DNA from: Planctomycetota bacterium | GTDB taxonomy: Bacteria; Planctomycetota; B15-G4; JADJEK01 | Length of the DNA stretch: 64,000 bases | Direction: 5' to 3' | Assembly (NCBI GenBank): GCA_044225365.1 | Contig: JBGAIQ010000007.1 | Span: 102,329 to 166,328, forward strand | In this document: piece after piece, positions 1 through 10,578 of the stretch | Layout: each line of letters starts with the position of its first letter | How positions within the stretch are numbered: the stretch's first letter is position 1 | Notes under the pieces: generated by a model | What the model saw: the letters and a program-made list of their open reading frames with translations, nothing else | Database searches by the model: none | Told to the model about the DNA's origin: nothing | Translations under genes and position numbers: made by a program

Positions 1-66
1 AGTCGAACTCGAGTCTCGGAGACGAACCGTCGTAGACGAGAGCCTTCATCGCCGAAGGCGCGCTCG

Positions 67-1308
67 TCAGCGCAGCTTGCCGATGACGAGGCAGACGTTG
101 TGTCCGCCGAACCCGAGCGAGTTCGACATCGCGTAGCGCACGTTGCAGTCGCGCGCGGTGCCCGGCACGTAATCGAGATCGCAAGCCGGGTCGGGGTTCT
201 CGAGATTGAGCGTCGGATGGACGACTCCGTGGAACACGGTCTTCGCCGTGACCGCAGCCTCGACGGCCGCGGACGCACCGAGGAGGTGCCCGATCATCGA
301 CTTCGTCGAGGAGACCAGGATCTTCTTGGCGTGATCGCGGAACGCGAGTTTGATCGCGGTCGTCTCGATCGCGTCGTTGTAGGCGGTCGACGTACCGTGC
401 GCGTTGATGTAGTCGATCTGTTCCGGCTGGATGCCGGCGTCCTTGAGGGCGTGAGCCATCGCCCGCGCGGGTCCCGTGCCGTCTTCCTTGGGCGCTGTGA
501 TGTGGTAGGCGTCAGCGGTGGAGCCGTATCCGAACATCTCGGCGTAGATCCGAGCGCCCCGCCGCTTCGCGTGTTCGAGCTCTTCGAGCACGAGCATCGC
601 GGCGCCGTCCCCCATCACGAACCCGTCGCGATCGCGATCGAACGGTCGACTCGCCTTCGTCGGGTCGTCGTTCCGCGTCGAGAGCGCGCGCAAGGCGCAA
701 AAGCCGCCGAGGCCGAGGGGTGTGATCGCGGTCTCCGCGCCGCCCGTCACGATGGCATCCGCCTCGTCGAACTGGATCGACTTGAAAGCCATGCCGATCG
801 CGTTGGCCGCCGACGCACAAGCCGAGGCTGTGACGTAGTTCGTGCCCTGCAGCCCGTGGCGGATCGAGATCTGGCCGGAAACGGCATTGATCATCAGCTT
901 CGGGATGAAGTGCGGGGAGATGCGGCTCGGTCCTCGTTCGAGGTAGACCGAGTGCATCGCCTCGAGTTCGTGGATGCCGCCGATTCCCGAACCGACGATC
1001 ACGCCGATTCGCTCCCGGTCGCAGCGATCCAGCACGACCCCGCTGTCCTTCAGGGCCTCGTCGGCGGCGACGATGCCGTACTGGGCGAACGGGTCGAGCT
1101 TCTTCGATTCGATCGGCGCGAAGAACTTGTCGGGAGAGTACTCCCGGCATTCGCCCGCGAATCTCGTCGGGAAGGCGCTGGCATCGAAGCGCGTGATCGG
1201 GCCGACTCCGCTCTTGCCTTGGCAGAGTCCTTCCCAGGTCTTGTCCATCCCAATGCCGAGCGACGTCAAGCCGCCGACACCGGTGATCACAACGCGTCGC
1301 TTTGCCAT
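67..1308 (-). CDS. fabF: beta-ketoacyl-ACP synthase II
   Basis: RRVVITGVG N-terminus, TASACAS catalytic Cys, YINAHGTST, KSMIGHLLGA and SNSLGFGGHN motifs; end of fab cluster. Confidence 0.97.
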   Translation of the reverse strand: MAKRRVVITGVGGLTSLGIGMDKTWEGLCQGKSGVGPITRFDASAFPTRFAGECREYSPDKFFAPIESKKLDPFAQYGIVAADEALKDSGVVLDRCDRERIGVIVGSGIGGIHELEAMHSVYLERGPSRISPHFIPKLMINAVSGQISIRHGLQGTNYVTASACASAANAIGMAFKSIQFDEADAIVTGGAETAITPLGLGGFCALRALSTRNDDPTKASRPFDRDRDGFVMGDGAAMLVLEELEHAKRRGARIYAEMFGYGSTADAYHITAPKEDGTGPARAMAHALKDAGIQPEQIDYINAHGTSTAYNDAIETTAIKLAFRDHAKKILVSSTKSMIGHLLGASAAVEAAVTAKTVFHGVVHPTLNLENPDPACDLDYVPGTARDCNVRYAMSNSLGFGGHNVCLVIGKLR

Positions 1309-1463
1309 CGGTGATACCCATCTACGACGGAACGCCGGCCGAGTCCGGAGACTCGAGGGCGCCCGTCGTTCGTTGGAACGAGAAAGTCATCAGCACGACT
1401 GCTGCCGCATGAAACGCTTTTTGGGGCGCGCCGTGCGTGGGCGGTCGGAGCCGTGGATCCGAA

Positions 1464-1703
1464 TCAGCCGACTCGCTTCTTGATGTAGTCGACTGCATCT
1501 CCGACGGTCTGGATCTTCTCCGCGTCTTCGTCGGGGATGTTGATATCGAATTCGTCCTCGAACTCCATCACGAGCTCCACGGTGTCGAGAGAATCGGCAC
1601 CGAGGTCATTGATGAACGACGTAGCCGTTTGGATCTTGTCCCGGCTAGCGCCCATCTGCTCGCAGACGATGTTGATGACGCGCTCCTCAATCGTTGCGCT
1701 CAC
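1464..1703 (-). CDS. acpP: acyl carrier protein
   Basis: [14 protein letters not shown] phosphopantetheine motif; GTG start at 1703 preceded by AAGGAG SD. Confidence 0.97.
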   Translation of the reverse strand: MSATIEERVINIVCEQMGASRDKIQTATSFINDLGADSLDTVELVMEFEDEFDINIPDEDAEKIQTVGDAVDYIKKRVG

Positions 1704-1854
1704 GAGGCACTCCTTACAACACTTCGAGACGTCCGCTCTGAACACGACTTGCCGGCGGCACGCCAAGCGGAGTATTCAAGTTTCTGGGACGGCGCATTTC
1801 AACGCTTTTCTCCGTGCCGGCGTCGGGAGACGGAAGCTGCGCCGAGTGAATTCT

Positions 1855-2607
1855 TTACATCGCCATGCCGCCATCGACGGCAAGGACTTGTCCTGTCACG
1901 TAGGCTCCGAGGTCCGACGCCAAATAGAGAACCGCGTGCGCGATCGCCTCGGGTTCGCCGAAACGCGCGAGCGGGATCTCCTTGAGCGACGCCTGCTTGA
2001 TTTCTTCGGAAAGGCCCGTGGTCATGTCGGTCGTGATGAAACCGGGCGCGATTGCATTCGCGGTGATCCCGCGGCCGCCCAATTCCTTCGCGAGGGACTT
2101 GGTGAATCCCACGATGCCCGCCTTGCTCGCAGCGTAGTTCGCCTGGCCGGCGTTGCCCATGAGCCCCACCACCGAAGTGATGTTCACGATGCGACCGCTG
2201 CGTTGCTTCGTCATCGGCCGAGCCGCCGCACGACACGTGTAGAACGTGCCCTTCAAATTGACGGCGAGGACCCGCTCGAAGTCTTCGTCGCTCATTCGCA
2301 TGAGCAGGCCGTCCTTCGTGATCCCGGCGTTGTTCACCAGGATGTCGAGTTTCGAGAACGCGGCGATCGTCTGGTCCACCGCACTTGCGGCCTGATCGGA
2401 AGAGGCGACGTCGCATCCGATCCCGATCGCGCGCACGCCGAACGCAGCACACTCCTTGGCGACCACTTCAGCGCGGTCGACCGCAGTCGCGAGACACGCG
2501 ACGTTCGCGCCGGCCTTTGCGAGCTCGAGCGCGATCGCCCGCCCGATGCCTCGCGAGGCTCCGGTGACGAGAGCGGACTTGCCGCCGAGATCGATGCCAA
2601 TCGTCAT
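1855..2607 (-). CDS. fabG: 3-oxoacyl-ACP reductase
   Basis: TGASRGIG, NNAGITKD, YAASKAG SDR motifs; fab context. Confidence 0.96.
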   Translation of the reverse strand: MTIGIDLGGKSALVTGASRGIGRAIALELAKAGANVACLATAVDRAEVVAKECAAFGVRAIGIGCDVASSDQAASAVDQTIAAFSKLDILVNNAGITKDGLLMRMSDEDFERVLAVNLKGTFYTCRAAARPMTKQRSGRIVNITSVVGLMGNAGQANYAASKAGIVGFTKSLAKELGGRGITANAIAPGFITTDMTTGLSEEIKQASLKEIPLARFGEPEAIAHAVLYLASDLGAYVTGQVLAVDGGMAM

Positions 2608-2668
2608 GCCGTCCTCCGCGCCAAGGCGCCAGCTCGGACCAGGAACGCGCGCTCGTGCGAAGCGGGTC

Positions 2669-3595
2669 TCATGCGTACGCCTCGAGCTGCGCTGCCGTCG
2701 CTACGTTGAGGAGCGATGCCTCTGGCGCAGCCTTCTTCAGGAGGCCGGTGAGGACGCTCCCCGGAGCGGGTTCGACGAAGGTCTTCACGCCGAGTTTCAG
2801 GAAGGCCGTCATCGTGTCCTCCCAGCGCACCGGGTTCGTGACTTGTTCCGCGAGATTCTGGCGAATCGCTTCGGGATCGCGCACGAAATCTCCCGTGACG
2901 TTCGTCGCGAACGGAACCTCGGGCGCACGAATCGTGACCTTCGCCAATGCATCACGGAGCTTCTGCGTCGCTGTCGCCATGAGCGGCGAGTGGAACGCGC
3001 CAGCGACCTTCAAGCGCATGCAACGTCGAATGCCGAGTTCCTTCGCCTTGCTTTCAGCGAGGTCGAGGGCCGCGAGGGAACCGGAGATCGCGACGTTGCC
3101 AGCGGCCAGGAAATTGGCGGCGACCAGGACTCCCGCCGCGGATCCGACCTTCGCGAGTTCGATCGCCTGCTCGCGCGAAGCTCCGAGCAACGACATCATC
3201 CCGCTCGGATTCTGCGTCGAAGCTTCCTGCATCGCCTGTCCGCGCAATCGTACGAGGCGCAGCGCATCGTCCAACTCGAGACTCCCGGCGAACCATAGCG
3301 CGGTGTACTCGCCGAGCGAGAGGCCGGACGTCGCCGCGAAGTCGGAGCGCTTCAATCCCTTCTTCTGCTCCAGCGCGGTCACGACCGCGGCGCTCGTCGC
3401 GAGGATCGCCGGCTGGCAGACGTCCGTCGCCTCGAGCGCCTCTGCGGGTCCCTCGAGACAGAGCGAAAGCAGGTCGAATCCAAGCACCTGGTTCGCACGC
3501 TCCAGCACGTGCTTGCTCGCCGGGACGGCTTCGAGGATCTCTCGAGCCATTCCGGGATGCTGAGCACCCTGGCCTGGAAAGACGATCGCGCGCAT
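2669..3595 (-). CDS. fabD: malonyl-CoA:ACP transacylase
   Basis: FPGQGAQ, GLSLGEY nucleophile elbow, AGAFHSPLM; start trimmed to MRAIVFPG. Confidence 0.95.
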   Translation of the reverse strand: MRAIVFPGQGAQHPGMAREILEAVPASKHVLERANQVLGFDLLSLCLEGPAEALEATDVCQPAILATSAAVVTALEQKKGLKRSDFAATSGLSLGEYTALWFAGSLELDDALRLVRLRGQAMQEASTQNPSGMMSLLGASREQAIELAKVGSAAGVLVAANFLAAGNVAISGSLAALDLAESKAKELGIRRCMRLKVAGAFHSPLMATATQKLRDALAKVTIRAPEVPFATNVTGDFVRDPEAIRQNLAEQVTNPVRWEDTMTAFLKLGVKTFVEPAPGSVLTGLLKKAAPEASLLNVATAAQLEAYA

Positions 3596-3698
3596 TCTGC
3601 TCTGTTCCTCGTTCGTACGGGATCTTGGATCTGGTTCAGCATCGCGCGCATGGGCGAACATCGCCGGCGCACGATTGGTCAGGAGCGGGTCGCCTCGA

Positions 3699-4688
3699 TC
3701 ACCACTTGATCGCGACCGAACCCCAAGTGAGGCCGGCTCCGAAGGCGCACATCACGACGAGCTTGCCGTCCTTGCCCTCGAGCTTGCCGCCGCGCCAGGC
3801 TTCGTCGAACGCGATGGGAATCGACGCCGCCGAAGTGTTCCCGTAGTGATGGATGTTCACGTATACGTTCTCGGCGGGCAGCGAAAGACGCTCGACGGCG
3901 GACTCGATGATCCGCAAGTTCACCTGGTGCGGAATGACGTAGCCGAGTTCGAGCTCGCCGTGTCGCGCGCGCGCGTCGTCGATCAGCTCGACGAACTTCG
4001 AAACGGCGAACTTGTAGACCTCCCGGCCGCGGAGCTGCATGAATTGCTGGCGTGCGGCGATCGTCTCGAGCGACGAGGGCTGCGCCGTCCCGCCGGCGGG
4101 GATGTAGATCACGTCGTAGCCCTCGCCCTCCGCGTGGAGTTCCGTCGAGAGCAACTCACCGTGCTGGAACTGCGAGGACACGATCACCGCTCCAGCGCCA
4201 TCGCCGAACAGGATGCACGATCCTCGATCGTTGTAGTCCGTGATGCGCGACAGAGTCTCGACGCCGATCACGAGCACGTTGTCCGCAGCGCCGGTGGCGA
4301 CGAATTGCTTCGCGGTCGTGAGCGCGTACATGAATCCCGAGCAGGCCGCGGAGACGTCGAACGCACCGACCTCCGGCGCACCAAGGTTCTTCTGAACGAG
4401 ACACGCGGTGGACGGGAAGATGAAGTCGCCGGAGACGGTCGCGCAGATGATGAGACCGATGTCCTTCGCCTCTAGGCCCGCCGCCTCGAGGGCGCGCTTC
4501 GCCGCCGCCGTCGCCATATCGGACGACTTGACGCCCGTCGGTGCAATCCGACGTTCCTTGATCCCGGTGCGCGACGTGATCCACTCGTCGTTGGTGTCGA
4601 CCATCTTTGCGAGGTCGTCGTTCGACAACACGCGTTCCGGTACGCACGATCCCGAGCCGCGGATTCCGACGCGCCGTAGGGCCGTCAT
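3699..4688 (-). CDS. fabH: beta-ketoacyl-ACP synthase III
   Basis: WITSRTGIKERR, SAACSGF, PHQVN, GNTSAASIP, FGAGLTW. Confidence 0.96.
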   Translation of the reverse strand: MTALRRVGIRGSGSCVPERVLSNDDLAKMVDTNDEWITSRTGIKERRIAPTGVKSSDMATAAAKRALEAAGLEAKDIGLIICATVSGDFIFPSTACLVQKNLGAPEVGAFDVSAACSGFMYALTTAKQFVATGAADNVLVIGVETLSRITDYNDRGSCILFGDGAGAVIVSSQFQHGELLSTELHAEGEGYDVIYIPAGGTAQPSSLETIAARQQFMQLRGREVYKFAVSKFVELIDDARARHGELELGYVIPHQVNLRIIESAVERLSLPAENVYVNIHHYGNTSAASIPIAFDEAWRGGKLEGKDGKLVVMCAFGAGLTWGSVAIKW

Positions 4689-5734
4689 TTCTCGACTCCG
4701 GCTTCCCCCTGAACGGGTCGCGGCGGCCGACTCTCGAGACCCGCGACGATGTGCTTGTTGACGTCGGCGACGATCGACTGCTTCGCGACCTTCAACGCGT
4801 TCGCGATGGCGCGACGATCCGATCGTCCATGGCTGATGAACACCGAGCCGTCGACGCCGAGCAGAGGCGCGCCGCCGTACTCCGCATAGTCCGTCTTCGC
4901 AAGAACGGACTTCGCCACCTTCTTCCAGACCGGCGGCGTGCCGCCCGGCCCGGGTTGGTTCATCTCGGGGTGCCGCATCATCTCGCCGGAGAAGAGTTCG
5001 ACCATGAACGACCCCAGTCCCTCCGAGACCTTGAGGACGACGTTCCCGACGAACCCCTCGCAGACGATCACGTCGGAGCGGCCGGCAAAGACGTCGTTGC
5101 CTTCGATGTTGCCGATGAAGTTGAGCGGCGATCCGTCGAAGAGGTCGCGCGTCGCCTTGATCAACGGAATGCCCTTGGCATCCTCCTCACCGATGTTGAG
5201 CAGCGCGACGCGAGGCCGGTCGAGCTTGTACACGCCTGCCATGTAGCAGGAGGCCATCTCACCGTACGTGTAGAGATCCTCTGGTTGGCAGTGGATGTTC
5301 GCCCCGACGTCGATCAGGGTGCAGGGTCCCCCCGCCGTAGCGAACGTGACCGCGATCCCGGGTCGGCGCACCCTCGGCAGCAAGCCGATGATCAGTGTCG
5401 CCGCCCCCACCATCGCGCCGGTGTTCCCGGCGGACACGATGCCGTCGATCTTCTTCTCGCGAATCAGTTTCGACGCGACGACGATCGTCGAGTTCTTCTT
5501 CCGTCGCAGGGCCTGCGCCGGATGTTCGTCCATCTCGATGTTCTCGGGAGCGTGGACGATCTCGAAGGACGGCGCCCCTTTGTGCTTGCCGAGTTCGGTG
5601 CGCAGCAGCGTCTCGTCGCCGAAGAGGACGCATTCCTCCTGGCTCAAGAACCCTTGCTGGACGGCCAGGACGGCGCCGGCGATCGTTTCGACCGGCGCGT
5701 GATCACCACCCAAAGCATCGAGCGCGATTCTCAT
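4685..5734 (-). CDS. plsX: phosphate acyltransferase
   Basis: MRIALDALGGDHAP, SAGNTGA, LLNIGEE, GGAPLLGV, HGRS; 4-bp overlap with fabH. Confidence 0.96.
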   Translation of the reverse strand: MRIALDALGGDHAPVETIAGAVLAVQQGFLSQEECVLFGDETLLRTELGKHKGAPSFEIVHAPENIEMDEHPAQALRRKKNSTIVVASKLIREKKIDGIVSAGNTGAMVGAATLIIGLLPRVRRPGIAVTFATAGGPCTLIDVGANIHCQPEDLYTYGEMASCYMAGVYKLDRPRVALLNIGEEDAKGIPLIKATRDLFDGSPLNFIGNIEGNDVFAGRSDVIVCEGFVGNVVLKVSEGLGSFMVELFSGEMMRHPEMNQPGPGGTPPVWKKVAKSVLAKTDYAEYGGAPLLGVDGSVFISHGRSDRRAIANALKVAKQSIVADVNKHIVAGLESRPPRPVQGEAGVEK

Positions 5735-5939
5735 GGAGAACCCCAAGAACGCCAACGCGCGCTTCTTCGAAAACCAGAAGGAACGGGAAGACTGCGCCGA
5801 TACAAGCTCATCCGGCTCGTCCGGCTCGTCCGGACTCGGGTCGCACGACCCGGTGTCGCGGCGAGGTCGGGAAAGCGGAGGCGGTCGTGGCCGTCACCGG
5901 CGACGCGATGAGCCCCCACTCCTCTCCCGAAGCACCGGT

Positions 5940-6125
5940 TCAGGGCTCGAGCGGCTTCGGCAGGACCTCGACTCCGTCGTAGTAGCCGCACGCATCGCAA
6001 ATGGCGTGGGCCTTCTTCACGGAACCACAACGAGCGCAGCTCGCGACGGCGGGCTTCGCAATACGAAGATGCGAGCGACGGATGCGCTTGCGATGCTTCG
6101 ACGTTCTTCTCTTCGGTACGGCCAT
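5940..6125 (-). CDS. rpmF: 50S ribosomal protein L32 (Zn-ribbon type)
   Basis: MAVPKRRTSK...RRSH, two CxxC pairs, GYY. Confidence 0.96.
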   Translation of the reverse strand: MAVPKRRTSKHRKRIRRSHLRIAKPAVASCARCGSVKKAHAICDACGYYDGVEVLPKPLEP

Positions 6126-6198
6126 CGGTCTTGCCTCGATGTCGGTCGCTGAAGGGGCTTGGACGCAGTCGTCTTTGCGCCGACTACAAAACCCGAAC

Positions 6199-6226
6199 AG
6201 CCTAAGAATTATCCGCTTCGGATCAA
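6199..6226 (-). promoter_or_regulatory. putative sigma70 promoter of rpmF-plsX-fab operon
   Basis: TTGATC-N16-TAGGCT on minus strand, in an AT-richer patch upstream of rpmF. Confidence 0.45.
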
Positions 6227-6302
6227 CTGATTTCCGATCGGAAGCGCGTTCCGATCGCAGGTCGCGAACTCGTGCGAGATCTCCACATGCCCGCAGTCGG
6301 CG

Positions 6303-8993
6303 TCAGGACAATGCGGTTGCGATCGAAGCCGCCACCCGCACGAAGACGCCGTCGAATGCGGAGAGGCGATCTCCAGGGAATTGCCCCTGCGCGAGTTCTG
6401 GCCGACCGCCACCGCCGCCGCCCAACTCCTTGCAGAGGGCACGACAGACATCGCCGGCCTTGATGCCTCGCGCCACCGCGGGCTTTCCGCACGCCACGAC
6501 GACGGAAGCACCACCGTCGACGAGCCCGACGAGCACGGCCACCGCAGCCGGATGCTCCTTCAGCAGCCGATCGGTGAGCGCGCGCAGCTCCTCATGACCC
6601 GCACCTTCGACGCGGCCCGTGAACAACGAACCGTGCGCGTGTTGCTGGCCTTGGCTCACGATCGAGTCGAACGAAGCGAGTGCCGCCTCCCGTTTGCCCT
6701 TCGCGATCTCCTTCTCGAGTCGCGCCTTCTCGGCGAGAAGGCCTTCGACTCGCGACGGCAATTCGTCCTCGCGCGCCTTCAGCATCTCGCTGAGCGATGC
6801 GCCGAGGGCGTACTTTTCGCGGATCGCGCGCAGCGCTCCACGACCCGTGATCGCGACGATGCGACGAACGCCGGCTGCGATCGCCGCGTCGGAGACGATC
6901 TTGAAGACGCCGATCTGGCCCGTCCGATCGCAGTGGGTCCCACCGCAGAGTTCCACCGAGTCGTAGGAACGGTCCGTTCCGTCGTCGGCGACCGCAACGA
7001 CGCGAACGCGATCGCCATACTTCTCGCCGAACAACGCCATCGCTCCCTGCGCGCGTGCCTCGGTGAACGACTTCTCGCTCTTGCCGACTCCGAGATCCTT
7101 CAGGACCTGCGCGTTGACCAGTTCCTCGATCTGCTCCAACTGTGCAGCGGTGGGCGCGTGTTTCGACGTGTAGTCGAACCGCAGGTAGTCGGCATGGACG
7201 AGCGAACCCGCTTGCGTGGTTTCGGCACCGACGACTCGCCGCAGCGCCCAGTGCAGGAGATGCGTCGCGGTGTGGTTCCGCATCGTGTCGGCGCGACGCT
7301 CGCTGTCGACGCGTGCGTTCAACTTCGCTCCGACGGTCAATTCGCCGCGTTCGAGGCTGCCGACATGGAAGTGGTACTTCTCCGCCTTCTTCGTGTCGCG
7401 CACTCGGAACGAGCAGGACGTCGACTCGAGCAGGCCGACATCGCCGACCTGACCGCCGCTCTCGGCATAGAACGGTGTGCGATCGAGGATCACCGTGAAG
7501 GCCGCATTGCCCTTCGCGCGCTCGACCAGCTCGCCGGAATCGTCGAGGATGGCGAGAACGGTCGATGCGTCGCTCCCCTTCGCTTCGTGAAGGTCGTAAC
7601 CGGTGAAGGTCGTCTCGGCGACCCTTCCCTTCAGCTTGCTCGCGGGACCGGTGCCGAAGATGTCGCCGCCCATCTGTGAACCCGCTCGCGCCCGTTCACG
7701 CTGCCCTTCCATGAGGGCATCGAACTCGCGATCATCGACCGCCACGCCGCGCTCCTCGCTGTAGCGCTTCGTGATGTCGAACGGCAGACCGACCGTGTCC
7801 CACAGGAAGAAGACCTTCTCGCCCGAGAGCTTCTTCTCGCCGGAGCGCGTCGCTTCCTCGAGATAGCCCTTCAGCTTCTCCGTGCCCTGAACGTAGACCT
7901 CCGCGAATCGCGTCTCGTCGAAGTCGATCGTGTCTGCGATCAGACCCTGATGTTCACGAATCTCCGGATACTGCTTCCCCATCGCCTCCGCGATCCCGGG
8001 AACGATGTGCTTCAATCGCGGCTCGGTCACGCCGAGTTCGCGAAGGTCCATCGATGCGCGACGAATGACCTTGCGCACGATGTAGCCGCGGCCTTCGTTG
8101 CCCGGGCGGACGCCGTCGGAGATGCAGAACGATGCGGCGCGCACGTGATCCGCGATCCGTCGGATGCGGACGTCATCGGTCGCGTTCTCGCCGTAGCGCT
8201 TCTTCGAGACGTCCCCGATCGCCTTCACGATCGGAGCGAACAGATCCGTGTCGTAGTTCGTGGCCTTCCCCTGCATCACCCGAACGATGCGTTCGAATCC
8301 CATCCCGGTGTCGATGTTCTTGCGGGGCAGGGGCTCGAGCTTGTTGACGTCGATGCGGTTGAACTGCGTGAAGACGAGGTTCCACACCTCGACGTAGCGC
8401 TTGTTGTCGTTCGCCGGATCCGACTCGAGGGGTTTCTTGGTCGTCGCTTCGGGACCGAAGTCGAAATAGATCTCGGAGCATGGACCACAGGGGCCATTCG
8501 GGCCCTTGCTCGGCGCCTCCGCGGGCCAGAAGTTGTCGCTCTCGCCGAAGCGCCAGATGCGGTCCTTGCGAAACCCGATCTCCTTCTCCCAGATCAAGGC
8601 CGCTTCGTCATCCTCGAGGTAGACCGTGACCGCGAGCCGCTCGCGCGGCAGGCCGAGTTCCTTCTCGAGGAACTCGATCGCCCAGCCGATCGCCTCACGC
8701 TTGAAGTAGTCGCCGAACGAGAAGTTCCCGAGCATCTCGAAGAAAGTGTGGTGCGACGGCGTGCGCCCGACGTTGTCGAGGTCCGGCATGCGGATGCACT
8801 TCTGACTCGATGTCGCTCGCTTCAGATCCGGCGGGCCCTTGCCGAGGAACGCATCCTTGAATTGATTCATGCCCGCGCCCGTGAACAGGACGGAGGCATC
8901 CCCTTCCGGAACGAGTGAATCGGACGCGAAGAGCTTGTGACCACGCTTCACGAAGAAGTCGAGGTAGCGGGAGCGAAGGGAATCGGCGTTCAT
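6303..8993 (-). CDS. alaS: alanine--tRNA ligase
   Basis: HHTFFEMLGNFSFGDYFK, VWNLVF, DTGMGFER, HTATHLLH, ELCGGTH, GGGGGRPELAQG; start trimmed to MNADSLR. Confidence 0.98.
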   Translation of the reverse strand: MNADSLRSRYLDFFVKRGHKLFASDSLVPEGDASVLFTGAGMNQFKDAFLGKGPPDLKRATSSQKCIRMPDLDNVGRTPSHHTFFEMLGNFSFGDYFKREAIGWAIEFLEKELGLPRERLAVTVYLEDDEAALIWEKEIGFRKDRIWRFGESDNFWPAEAPSKGPNGPCGPCSEIYFDFGPEATTKKPLESDPANDNKRYVEVWNLVFTQFNRIDVNKLEPLPRKNIDTGMGFERIVRVMQGKATNYDTDLFAPIVKAIGDVSKKRYGENATDDVRIRRIADHVRAASFCISDGVRPGNEGRGYIVRKVIRRASMDLRELGVTEPRLKHIVPGIAEAMGKQYPEIREHQGLIADTIDFDETRFAEVYVQGTEKLKGYLEEATRSGEKKLSGEKVFFLWDTVGLPFDITKRYSEERGVAVDDREFDALMEGQRERARAGSQMGGDIFGTGPASKLKGRVAETTFTGYDLHEAKGSDASTVLAILDDSGELVERAKGNAAFTVILDRTPFYAESGGQVGDVGLLESTSCSFRVRDTKKAEKYHFHVGSLERGELTVGAKLNARVDSERRADTMRNHTATHLLHWALRRVVGAETTQAGSLVHADYLRFDYTSKHAPTAAQLEQIEELVNAQVLKDLGVGKSEKSFTEARAQGAMALFGEKYGDRVRVVAVADDGTDRSYDSVELCGGTHCDRTGQIGVFKIVSDAAIAAGVRRIVAITGRGALRAIREKYALGASLSEMLKAREDELPSRVEGLLAEKARLEKEIAKGKREAALASFDSIVSQGQQHAHGSLFTGRVEGAGHEELRALTDRLLKEHPAAVAVLVGLVDGGASVVVACGKPAVARGIKAGDVCRALCKELGGGGGGRPELAQGQFPGDRLSAFDGVFVRVAASIATALS

Positions 8994-9145
8994 CGGGAGT
9001 TTCACTTCATCGCGCGCGTCGCGGTGAAGCCGGATGAAGCTTCGTGACGCGTGCGCGATCGGACAAAACCGCGACTTTACCATCGCCCTTTGGCGGTTGG
9101 CCATCGGCGGTTAGCGGTTGCGCGGGGAGATTGCGCGAATTCGGG

Positions 9146-9171
9146 CCCCGGGAGCCGCGGGGCTCCCGGGG
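9146..9171. terminator. GC-rich hairpin downstream of recA
   Basis: CCCCGGGAGCC-GCGG-GGCTCCCGGGG perfect 11-bp stem; no U-tract. Confidence 0.4.
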
Positions 9172-9253
9172 AGGAAGAGGAGGAGACGAGAGGAATGCCG
9201 CGCTGGAGCGCGGCGGTCCATTGCGGCGGTCGAGCGCGCCAGGTCGGATGCGC

Positions 9254-10459
9254 TCAGCGCTTCGCCGCGGGCGGAGCCGCCGACATCGAGTTCGCGATCG
9301 GTGGCTTGCGGATGGCGCCCGGCGCGGGCGGAGCCGCCGACGAGCGGAGGGCGGGAGCCGAGTCGTCGTCGAGCGAACTCGGGGTCGCCGCGGCGCTCGC
9401 AAGAGGAACCGTGGCGCCCGTCGAGGTCGCCGACGGTTTCGGCTTCATGGCTTCGCGCACGTCGGCTTCGACGCGCTTCAGCACGTCGGGCTTGTCACGC
9501 AGCAGGTCGATCGTGCGCTCGCGACCCTGACCGAGGCGCTCACCCTTGTAGGCGAACCAGGAACCCGACTTGTCGAGCACCCGACAGTTGCCTGCGAGAT
9601 CGACGATATCGCCAATGTAGTTGATGCCCTGGTCGAACATGATGTCGAACTCGGCCTTGCGGAACGGCGGAGCGCACTTGTTCTTCACGACGGTCGCCTT
9701 CGTGCGGCTGCCGACGTTCTCCTCGCCGTTCTTGATCTGCCCGATGCGTCGGATGTCGAGACGAACCGAGGCGTAGAACTTGAGGGCGCGACCACCGGTG
9801 GTCGTCTCCGGGCTGCCGAAGAACACGCCGATCTTCTCGCGGATCTGGTTGATGAAGATCACGGTCGTACGCGACCGCGCGATCGCGCCGGTCAACTTGC
9901 GTAGCGCTTGTGACATGAGTCGCGCCTGTAGGCCGACGTGGGAGTCTCCCATCTCGCCCTCGAGCTCGGCCTTCGGGACGAGCGCCGCGACGGAGTCGAC
10001 CACGATGATGTCGAACGCATTGCTGCGCACCAGCGTCTCGGTGATGTCGAGCGCCTCTTCGCCGGACATCGGCTGGCTGACCTTGAACTTCGCCCCCTTC
10101 GTGTCGACGCCCAATTTGCGAGCGTAACTCGGGTCGAACGCATGCTCGGCGTCGATGAACGCCGCGTAGCCGCCCGCCTTCTGGGCCTGGGCGATCACAT
10201 GCAAGGTCAGAGTCGTCTTGCCGGACGATTCCGGACCGAAGATCTCGATGATGCGGCCGCGGGGCAAACCGGTTCCGCCGAGCGCGAGGTCGAGCGACAG
10301 AGAGCCGGTCGAGATTCCGTCTTCGACCTTCTCCTCGCCGTCGAGAGACATGATCGCGCCCTTGCCGTGCGCCTTCTCGATCTGCGCGAGAGCCGCCTCC
10401 ACCGCTGCCGCGCGCGCCTTGTCGTCCATATCGCCATTGCCTTCCGTTTTGGTGACCAT
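9254..10459 (-). CDS. recA: recombinase RecA with Ala/Pro-rich C-terminal tail
   Basis: [46 protein letters not shown]; ATG 10459 with GGGAGG SD. Confidence 0.98.
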   Translation of the reverse strand: MVTKTEGNGDMDDKARAAAVEAALAQIEKAHGKGAIMSLDGEEKVEDGISTGSLSLDLALGGTGLPRGRIIEIFGPESSGKTTLTLHVIAQAQKAGGYAAFIDAEHAFDPSYARKLGVDTKGAKFKVSQPMSGEEALDITETLVRSNAFDIIVVDSVAALVPKAELEGEMGDSHVGLQARLMSQALRKLTGAIARSRTTVIFINQIREKIGVFFGSPETTTGGRALKFYASVRLDIRRIGQIKNGEENVGSRTKATVVKNKCAPPFRKAEFDIMFDQGINYIGDIVDLAGNCRVLDKSGSWFAYKGERLGQGRERTIDLLRDKPDVLKRVEADVREAMKPKPSATSTGATVPLASAAATPSSLDDDSAPALRSSAAPPAPGAIRKPPIANSMSAAPPAAKR

Positions 10460-10578
10460 CGTCGTCGTTGCCTCCCGAAGGACCCGAGTGACTCGGGCGA
10501 CCGAAAGTGTGCCGTTGAGAAATCGTGAATCGAGTCCGTTTACGTGGCCGCAACCGGAATTCGAACCGCCAGCGCACA

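Noticed and set aside
5811-5838. TCCGGCTCG tandem repeat, about 3 units, between rpmF and plsX
   Set aside because: Short GC-rich microrepeat with no spacers; not CRISPR-like.
8994-9253. T-box leader upstream of alaS
   Set aside because: No T-box consensus (AAnnnGGGTGGnACC) or specifier stem recognised; only a simple hairpin.
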